Position numbers and translations under genes: made by a program
The notes under the pieces: model-generated
The model's input: the letters and a program-made list of their open reading frames with translations, nothing else
Told to the model about the DNA's origin: nothing
The model's database searches: none
Assembly (NCBI GenBank): GCA_018654255.1
Contig: JABILX010000003.1
Coordinates: 13,030-77,029 of the forward strand
Source of the DNA: Candidatus Peregrinibacteria bacterium
GTDB lineage: Bacteria > Patescibacteriota > Gracilibacteria > UBA1369 > LOWO2-01-FULL-3
Direction: 5' to 3'
Length of the DNA: 64,000 bases
Shown here: one piece after another, positions 49,861 through 56,526 of the stretch
How positions within the stretch are numbered: the stretch's first letter is position 1
Layout: every line of letters starts with the position of its first letter

Positions 49861-50742
49861 TCAAAGCGGACTTCTAACGCCACGAAGCCCCCTCTTCGTC
49901 ACCCGCGTATAAAGCTGAGTCGTCTTCACATCCCGATGCCCCAAAAGCTCCTGCACATAACGCAAATCCACCCCATCCTCGAGAAGATGTGTCGCAAAAC
50001 TATGCCTCAACGAATGAAACGACACATCACCCCTAATCCCCAAACGAACTAAACACTGCGAAAAAACCTTCTGCGCCGATCGACTAGTCAACCTGCCACC
50101 CCTATTACTCGGAAAAACATAATCCCGCCCAGCACTCCCATCAACAAACGCCCAAAGCTCCCGCGAAATCCTATCCGGCAACAACGTCACCCGATCTTTG
50201 CCGCCCTTCCCACAACGCACATTGATAAACCCATTCCCAAAATCCAAATCCCCCACCCGAAGACTCACAACTTCACTCACCCGCAGCCCCGCCCCGTATG
50301 CAACCGAAATCAACAAACGATGTTTTTGATTCTCAATCCCCCTAATCACCCGACGAACCTCAGTTCGATCGAGCACCCTCGGCAACCGAAGCGACCGTTT
50401 GGCACATTTGATGCTTTTCCCCACATCCCTCTCCAAAATCTCCCTATAGAAAAACTTCACCGCATTCAACGCCAGATTCACAGTCTGCGGCGCAGCCCCC
50501 TCATCAATTTTTTTCAGAAGAAATCTCTTCACGACCGCATCCCCAGTATGCTCCACATTCACGGCAAATTGATCTGGATCAAGCTCAAACAAAAACTCCA
50601 AATACTCCCGCAAATAACCTGTATAACTCTTCAAAGTCCTCGGACTATAATTACGAATCTTCAGCTCAGTCTCCACCACACCCACACACATATAAATGAT
50701 TGTATACTTCGGCGCACCCGGACTAATGTGAAAGATATTCAT
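49861..50742 (-). CDS. IntI-like tyrosine recombinase lacking the integron-integrase-specific insertion
   Basis: Landmarks are LRVGDLDFGNGFINVRCGKGGKDR, HSLRHSFATHLL, LLGHRDVKTTQLYTRV and the C-terminal GLRGVRSPL. Only 58 residues lie between GKGGKDR and HSLRH. An alternative start is MCVG at 50691. Confidence 0.8.
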   Translation of the reverse strand: MNIFHISPGAPKYTIIYMCVGVVETELKIRNYSPRTLKSYTGYLREYLEFLFELDPDQFAVNVEHTGDAVVKRFLLKKIDEGAAPQTVNLALNAVKFFYREILERDVGKSIKCAKRSLRLPRVLDRTEVRRVIRGIENQKHRLLISVAYGAGLRVSEVVSLRVGDLDFGNGFINVRCGKGGKDRVTLLPDRISRELWAFVDGSAGRDYVFPSNRGGRLTSRSAQKVFSQCLVRLGIRGDVSFHSLRHSFATHLLEDGVDLRYVQELLGHRDVKTTQLYTRVTKRGLRGVRSPL

Positions 50743-50865
50743 GATACTCTTACCCTACCCCACCAACCTTACAAAAAACTTAAATAAAACTAAATTTTTT
50801 ATTAAATCCACACCACCAATCCAACTCCACTTCCCGCATCCCCCCATTTTTGCTAGCATAAGTTC

Positions 50866-50885
50866 AGATAAACACTAGTTAGCTG
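50866..50885 (+). other. attI-like junction (first crossover box)
   Basis: CAGATAAACACTA-GTTAGCTG resembles the L'-R' arms of the downstream sites. No left-arm partner is visible upstream. Confidence 0.45.
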
Positions 50886-50951
50886 AAATAACAATAAATT
50901 CCCATGCTCCTTCGGAGCATATATAATAACCAAAACTAATTTTCTTTAATT

Positions 50952-51704
50952 ATGAATCAAGTAACAATTTTTTCCATTGTAATACTAATAGCGATCTTTC
51001 TTTTATATCGCTACGTTGAACGTCGCCTGAATCAAATTGAAAACAGAATTGCTCATAAGGACGTGGTTCCGGAAAACAATGAAGCAAAAAATTCTTTAAC
51101 GGCTGTTGAAAAAAAATTGAGCGCAATCCAAAACTTGTGCTCGCCGCTTTTTTTGTTAAATATTTTCGACACATGGAGCAGTCTTACAACCGATGACTCA
51201 ACACAATTAGAGCTATTGGTTAAAGATTTTGAAGAAGCGGAAGAAACAAGAGTGTCGAAAATCAAAGGGGTAAATGATACCGAAAAAGAGGAACTCCAAG
51301 AATATGAGGAAAAGCATCCTAATAAAAAAGAGTTTGAACCTAGTCATAGCCTGAAATGCGACATACTCGCGGCGAGCACAGCAATAGTAATCAGACAAAC
51401 ACTGCATGAGCAACTAGAAGCCGTTAAAGAACTGTTTTTTGATGTCTTAAATGGGAAAATCTCCATTAAAGAAGCACGTCAAAAATCAATAAAAATCGCT
51501 TCAAGAAAAGACATTCATGATCTGGAAAACACTTTGTATTCACCAGAACTTTATGCCAATGATATTGAAAAGGATAAGGACATTCACCCTGAAATCAAAA
51601 AACAGTTCAAAGAATTTTTTGCAATGTATCAAAAACGTTGGGGCGACAATAAGTGGAAAGATCGCTTGAAATGGTACAAGGAAATGGAAAATTACGAAAA
51701 TTAG
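50952..51704 (+). CDS. cassette 1 ORF, hypothetical (N-terminal TM, coiled region)
   Basis: 250-aa ORF that starts 73 nt after the junction at 50879. It is AT-rich and lacks the host A/C bias. Confidence 0.6.
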   Translation: MNQVTIFSIVILIAIFLLYRYVERRLNQIENRIAHKDVVPENNEAKNSLTAVEKKLSAIQNLCSPLFLLNIFDTWSSLTTDDSTQLELLVKDFEEAEETRVSKIKGVNDTEKEELQEYEEKHPNKKEFEPSHSLKCDILAASTAIVIRQTLHEQLEAVKELFFDVLNGKISIKEARQKSIKIASRKDIHDLENTLYSPELYANDIEKDKDIHPEIKKQFKEFFAMYQKRWGDNKWKDRLKWYKEMENYEN

Positions 51705-51748
51705 TTTTGGTTATTATTCGCCTTCGGCGAGGGAATTTATTGTTACAT

Positions 51749-51879
51749 CAGCTAACAATGAATAACTGGTTCACTCACTCCGCTACGCTTCGTTCGTTCT
51801 CCCAAATTTGGCGGCGGTATGTCGCTCCGCTCCAAATTATACCGCCACCAAACTTCAGTTATTCATGGACGTTATACGC
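51749..51879 (+). repeat. attC-like site 1
   Basis: CAGCTAAC-a-ATGAATAACTG ... TTTGGCGGCGGTAT/ATACCGCCACCAAA ... CAGTTATTCAT-ggac-GTTATACGC. Its R'' is the exact complement of GTTAGCTG at 50878. Confidence 0.6.
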
Positions 51880-52027
51880 AATTCAAAAAATATTTTTCTT
51901 TTAATAAGGAATTTTGACAGGCTTTTTAAAAGGGGAATAAATTTGATTTTTAATTTATAATGAGGGGGATAGCGGTATTTTCTCCGCTTCTCTCCGAAAA
52001 TGATTTATAATTTAACCAAAAATTATT

Positions 52028-53248
52028 ATGGGATTTGAAACACCAACACCGCCTGAAGCACACGATACTTCCAATGCTATTGAAAAACCAAAACCGATTC
52101 CAGAACCAGCAGAGAAATCTGTTGACGATCAGAGACAAGAAACAAAAATGTCTTCTCCTGATTTAAGTAATCAATCTCCAAAACAAGAACAGGAAGATCA
52201 AACCAAAATAGATCAAATTAGAGAACAGTTAGATTTAGAAAATGAAAATTTAGTGACTAAACAGGATATTTTAAACCCTGAAGAAGCAAAAGTGAGACTG
52301 TTTGCGCTGATGGATGAAATACAGGAAACAAGTGCCACTCCAACCAATAAGGCAAAAACAATAGAAGAAATAACGCAGCTACTTAGAGAAATTTCAAAAA
52401 CAAAGGATCCTAAATCTTATAAATTTTTTAGAGAAGATGGTCACTTTAAACAACTAAAAATTGTCAGTAAATATTTGATTGAAAATTCTCTTGATCGTGA
52501 TTTGCACGAAAGAGTGCTCACTTATCTTGGTAGTGTAGGCATTGAAACAACCCAAGATGAACGAGCGCAAATTATTGATTATTTCAGAGAGAAAGATGAC
52601 GAAAAAAGACGCGACACTTTCATGTCTTATGCACAAAATGGACTTTTAACATTAAAGTCTGCAATTGAGCGTGGAGTGCTAAAAGAATCTTCGTCAACAC
52701 CAGGTGACTTTTCATCATTAGACGACCTTCAAGAATTTTCTTTAGAAGAACATGGAAATGTAAGAGGTTATGAGCTTAGTCCACAAGACATCAATGATGA
52801 ATTATTTTATGGAAGAAATAGTTTCTTTGGTGTTGTTTTAGAAAGAGGTGGAGAAGAAATTGATAGAGCGGGCAAACTACCAAAAGCAGAAGTTCAAAAT
52901 AGATTAAGGAATTCAATGATTTTTATTATGAAATCAGAAAAAGCCGATATCTCTAGGCGCACAGATAATGCCAATAAAGAAGATATCGTGAGAAGAGACA
53001 TAAAACCAGAAGAAATTGATTATTTAATTGTTGATCATTCAAATATCACAGCTGCACAAGAGGCTTTTGGTCATTTACCTTGCAGGATAATTTCTGCTGA
53101 TACTGTTGAAGCTAAACTTCAAAATTTCTTTGAAGAACCTTATAAATTACCAGATTATAAAGGTGAAGTAGAAAAAATAGCAAAAAATGAAGGTGAGGTT
53201 TGGTGTCATATCGCCAGACTTCCAGTAGATACGTATCCTGAAGAATAA
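52028..53248 (+). CDS. cassette 2 ORF, hypothetical
   Basis: 406-aa ORF with no motif recognised. It is followed by a perfect 17-bp hairpin, GTTTTGGATTTTGGGCA/TGCCCAAAATCCAAAAC (53252-53302). Confidence 0.6.
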   Translation: MGFETPTPPEAHDTSNAIEKPKPIPEPAEKSVDDQRQETKMSSPDLSNQSPKQEQEDQTKIDQIREQLDLENENLVTKQDILNPEEAKVRLFALMDEIQETSATPTNKAKTIEEITQLLREISKTKDPKSYKFFREDGHFKQLKIVSKYLIENSLDRDLHERVLTYLGSVGIETTQDERAQIIDYFREKDDEKRRDTFMSYAQNGLLTLKSAIERGVLKESSSTPGDFSSLDDLQEFSLEEHGNVRGYELSPQDINDELFYGRNSFFGVVLERGGEEIDRAGKLPKAEVQNRLRNSMIFIMKSEKADISRRTDNANKEDIVRRDIKPEEIDYLIVDHSNITAAQEAFGHLPCRIISADTVEAKLQNFFEEPYKLPDYKGEVEKIAKNEGEVWCHIARLPVDTYPEE

Positions 53249-53426
53249 GGAGTTTTGGATTTTGGGCATTCACCTCTAACCCCTCTGCCCAAAATCCAAA
53301 ACAAAAAACAAATTTATAATTATTGTATGAAAAGTCTGTCAAAATGAAATTGAATGAAAAATATTTTTTGAACTTCTCGCTATCGCTCGACCACATTGCA
53401 TTCTTGCTCCACTGCGTTCCGCTCGG

Positions 53427-53545
53427 GGCGTATAACACAGTATATCTGGCTCGCTCGTGCCCTTGCTCGACCCATATTTGCCAAAAACTCATTGATTTTA
53501 AAAGGAATTTTGGCAAACATCAGATATACTGAAACGTTGTACGCC
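53427..53545 (+). repeat. attC-like site 2
   Basis: GGCGTATAAC-a-CAGTATATCTG ... TTTGCCAAAA/TTTTGGCAAA ... CAGATATACTG-aaac-GTTGTACGCC. Its R'' GCGTATAAC is the exact complement of GTTATACGC at 51871. Confidence 0.6.
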
Positions 53546-53943
53546 ATAACAAAAAGCCCCAAGTTCCAAATAGCATTTTCAGTAGCAGATAGAGTTTAAA
53601 GTAGAAATTAACACATCACTGAGTCAACCTCCTGTAAATCAAGTCACCTTAACTTACAATCTGTCTGTCACTTCTCTCTAAACACCAAGCCCATTTAGAA
53701 CAAGTTGACAGTGACCATAAACCTTTGAGAAAGCTTACAACCAGACTTATTATTGCCATCCAAAACTTGAGGCACAACTAGCGACAAATAATTCCAATTT
53801 ATCACCACTTGCGCCCCGAGTTTCGCGTATTTTTTAAAGATCACTACAATCATAGTACCACATTTATAAAACAAAATCAAGTATTTTCAGACAAAAAATC
53901 CTTAATGTTTGGGCTTTTTGTTACACGCTCACTTCGTTCGCTA

Positions 53944-54132
53944 GCGCACAACAAAAGTATATATGGTTCACTCACGTTTTGCGATTCTTAAATGAAGGCA
54001 AATCCAAAACTCCCCTACTTTTAACCAATCCTTTACATCTCCACCGTTCTCCCAACTTGTTGCGAGGTGATCCCGACAAGTCGGGACCATTGTACCTCAC
54101 CCCAAGTTCACATATACTTTGGCCGTTGTGTG
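53944..54132 (+). repeat. attC-like site 3
   Basis: GCGCACAAC-a-AAAGTATATATG ... CATATACTTT-ggcc-GTTGTGTG. Its R'' matches the complement of the preceding R' (GCGTACAAC) at 8/9. It shares GGTTCACTCAC and CGTTCTCCCA blocks with site 1. Confidence 0.55.
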
Positions 54133-54190
54133 ATATAATGAAAAAAACAAAGTTTATATTTTTGATAATTTATCCATAACCAAATAAAAA

Positions 54191-54616
54191 ATGGAACAAA
54201 ATCAACCAACACAAACCAAAAAACCTCCGCTCGGCATAAAAATAATGGCCGGAATATTACTCCTGATAGGTCTCGTTATAGGATTCGATGTGTTGTCTTC
54301 AATTAGCGCAATACTGTTTGGTGGATGGATGTTAGTCACAGGCATCGTCGCATTAATTCTCTTCATTTACACAGAAAAAACCAGCATCAACATGTTCAAA
54401 ATGAAATCGAGCAACAAAATAAACTACTACATTGCCCTCTTTCTGGATATGCTATATATATGCTCAATGCCATTAAGGGAAACCCTTATACTTACACACG
54501 AAACACCATCAGCAGATACATTTCTAGTAGCAATAATATTAACGGTAATTGTGTTCGCAGTCCTTGCACTACCATTCTTTTTCATTACTAGAAAGCACAA
54601 AGATCTATACGTATAG
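54191..54616 (+). CDS. cassette 4 ORF, hypothetical 4-TM membrane protein
   Basis: 141-aa hydrophobic ORF that starts 65 nt after the junction at 54126. Confidence 0.55.
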   Translation: MEQNQPTQTKKPPLGIKIMAGILLLIGLVIGFDVLSSISAILFGGWMLVTGIVALILFIYTEKTSINMFKMKSSNKINYYIALFLDMLYICSMPLRETLILTHETPSADTFLVAIILTVIVFAVLALPFFFITRKHKDLYV

Positions 54617-54668
54617 AATAAATTATCAAAAATATTAAGCCTGCTTCGCAGCCTTATTTTTCATTACA

Positions 54669-54792
54669 GCACACAACAGAGTATGTGCGGCTCGCTTCCG
54701 CAAGCGGAGCACTCACCCATATTGACCAGTGATACGCTTTCAGCGTATTTTATCACTGGTCAACATCGCATACGATCCGACCGTTGTGTGCC
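54669..54792 (+). repeat. attC-like site 4
   Basis: CACACAAC-ag-AGTATGTGCG ... TTGACCAGTGATA/TATCACTGGTCAA ... CGCATAC-gatccgacc-GTTGTGTGCC. Its R'' is the exact complement of GTTGTGTG at 54125. Confidence 0.6.
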
Positions 54793-54861
54793 ATTTCAGG
54801 TTTGACAAATCCCATAATAAACATATATAAATCTACTCCTATTCTATAAACAAGATTAAAC

Positions 54862-55068
54862 ATGACAAATACACCCGATCAAGAAACAGAGATAACCATA
54901 GATGAGAGAGTCGCTGTCCAAGTCGACTTGGAATTAACAACAAGAGCTATAAAATGTCAAACAAGACTAACCCCAGACAGTAAAACAACCATAGTCAAGG
55001 TAAGCACATCTGTAGAAGATCGTGTAAGACAACTGCTATCAAGCCTAGGATTCAAAATAACTAAATAA
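54862..55068 (+). CDS. cassette 5 ORF, hypothetical small protein
   Basis: 68-aa ORF that starts 78 nt after the junction at 54784. Confidence 0.45.
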   Translation: MTNTPDQETEITIDERVAVQVDLELTTRAIKCQTRLTPDSKTTIVKVSTSVEDRVRQLLSSLGFKITK

Positions 55069-55169
55069 TTATGAATGAAATTTTAGAAGGGGTTTCTTTC
55101 GAGCCACTATCACCTCGGCAAAAGCCAGCTTGTATAAATAACAGCGCTGAACACAAATGCGACAATCCT

Positions 55170-55314
55170 GCCACACAAGAAGCAGTACACGGAATTAATA
55201 GAGTTAGATGTTGTGATGAAGATCCCTGCAAGATAAGAGCAGCAACCCTCGCAAAAATAAGTAAAGAATTGCAATAATTTTGCAACATCGTACACACACC
55301 GACCGTTGCGCACC
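55170..55314 (+). repeat. attC-like site 5 (right arm clear, left arm degenerate)
   Basis: The right arm CATCGTACACACACCGACC-GTTGCGCACC matches the family. The candidate left box GCCACACAAG matches the complement of the preceding R' (GGCACACAAC) at 8/10. Confidence 0.4.
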
Positions 55315-55387
55315 ATAATCCCGAGAAATTATTTGACATAACCCCATTATTCACGTATAGTTGCCCCTATTTTTTTAAACCCTATTT

Positions 55388-55630
55388 ATGTCAGAATCAG
55401 ATAAGATTCTTGTTGTTACTGAGAAAGGCGCTATACCTCTTCCAGAAACTTCAGCACTCATCCCTAGGATAGAAGCAATCATTGATGATCCAGAAACCAA
55501 AGCTATTAAACGAGATGAAATTGGTGACATAATCGTAAATACAGGAACCCTGCTGCTAGCTATTAAGCCCCAACAACTTGAACTCAGGGCAGAAGAAGTC
55601 CTAAAAGAGATATTAGGCGACAGAGACTAG
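55388..55630 (+). CDS. cassette 6 ORF, hypothetical small protein
   Basis: 80-aa ORF that starts 82 nt after the junction at 55306. Confidence 0.45.
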   Translation: MSESDKILVVTEKGAIPLPETSALIPRIEAIIDDPETKAIKRDEIGDIIVNTGTLLLAIKPQQLELRAEEVLKEILGDRD

Positions 55631-55636
55631 GCGGCT

Positions 55637-55725
55637 TATTCACCCATGTTTGACGAGGGTAAGTCTTTCGGCGTATTTTACCGCTGTCAAACATCACACA
55701 ACAGATGTATGTGCGGCTCGTTTCC
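55637..55725 (+). repeat. rearranged attC-like fragment (central block followed by a left arm)
   Basis: TTCACCCATGTTTGAC...GTCAAACATC is homologous to the centre of site 4. It is followed directly by CACACAACAGATGTATGTGCGGCTCG, near-identical to the left arm of site 4. No right arm follows. Confidence 0.45.
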
Positions 55726-55768
55726 TTCGTTAGCAGAAATATCGTTTACAACACTTAACAATAAAAAC

Positions 55769-56185
55769 ATGAACAAACCAACTTCACATTTTGAAGAAGG
55801 AGGTCCAAGCCAAGAACCACAAAGCACCTCCGAAAGAGAAAAACAAGAAAGAGTAGTAGAAATTCTTAGGTTAGTAGAAAAAATTAATGAATCAGGTGCG
55901 CCTTTGCCTTTTCCTGGCATTCCTCAAGAAACTTATTTAAAAATGAAGGCAGATGAAAATGAGGCTCCTGGTTATACTACGCCAATAGACGAAATAATAT
56001 TTAGATGTCAAAGAGAGGGTATAAAAGTAATCACAGGAAGACATCCAGGATCAGGCGGCGTCTTTATTTTACCAGCAGGCAGTGATGATTGTGACATGGA
56101 CAGCATTCTCCCCCGCCAATTAGCAGTTGAGGCTGTTGAAAATGAACATCTTGCAAGATTGATACAGCTAAAAACTAAAAATTGA
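55769..56185 (+). CDS. hypothetical protein
   Basis: ORF from MNKPTSHFEEGG. The upstream part of track ORF 55646.. overlies the attC-like fragment and is not counted. Confidence 0.45.
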   Translation: MNKPTSHFEEGGPSQEPQSTSEREKQERVVEILRLVEKINESGAPLPFPGIPQETYLKMKADENEAPGYTTPIDEIIFRCQREGIKVITGRHPGSGGVFILPAGSDDCDMDSILPRQLAVEAVENEHLARLIQLKTKN

Positions 56186-56210
56186 TTGATTTTTTTAACA
56201 AAATAAAAAC

Positions 56211-56501
56211 ATGGAAAAATACTTTATCTACACCATTACATTTCTATACAGCATTGGAGGACTAATAACGTTCGCTGGATTTTTTCCAACAATGAAGGAC
56301 CTATGGAAAGGAAAACCAAGTGCAAATATTAATACCTACATCATATGGGGAGCAACTACCTTCATCACATCACTATATGCAATTTTTGTCGTAAAAGACT
56401 TGCTTTTCAGCTTGGTAATTAACCTTCAATTAGTAGCATGCGTGATTGTTTTGATCTTGAGACTAAGGCTAAAAGTAAAAAAGTCCAAAAAGACTCCATA
56501 A
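56211..56501 (+). CDS. hypothetical 3-TM membrane protein (PQ-loop/SemiSWEET-like shape)
   Basis: 96 aa with three hydrophobic helices and an FFPTMKDLWKGK loop. The similarity to PQ-loop proteins is only impressionistic. Confidence 0.35.
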   Translation: MEKYFIYTITFLYSIGGLITFAGFFPTMKDLWKGKPSANINTYIIWGATTFITSLYAIFVVKDLLFSLVINLQLVACVIVLILRLRLKVKKSKKTP

Positions 56502-56526
56502 AACCTCATTCCATCTACACCACAAC

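Larger units (their letters stand above)
49861..55314. mobile_element. integron-like platform: recombinase gene, junction site, at least 5 cassettes
   Basis: A divergent recombinase gene is followed by same-strand ORF units separated by R''-L''...L'-R' palindromes. Each R'' complements the previous R'. See the individual sites below. Confidence 0.6.

Noticed and set aside
55071-55277. 68-aa Cys-rich ORF starting 3 nt after the cassette 5 ORF
   Set aside because: Unresolved, not disproved. Its 3' half coincides with the candidate left arm of attC-like site 5. It could be the second gene of a small two-gene cassette. I could not support it with any motif.
51700-55730. Possible CRISPR array suggested by recurring palindromic intergenic repeats
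   Set aside because: The repeats are 120-190 bp imperfect palindromes. They are not short identical direct repeats. Their spacing is 0.5-1.7 kb with ORFs between them. No cas genes are present.
55646-55768. N-terminal extension of ORF 55646..56185
   Set aside because: This part overlies the rearranged attC-like fragment. The internal start MNKPTSH at 55769 is more plausible.
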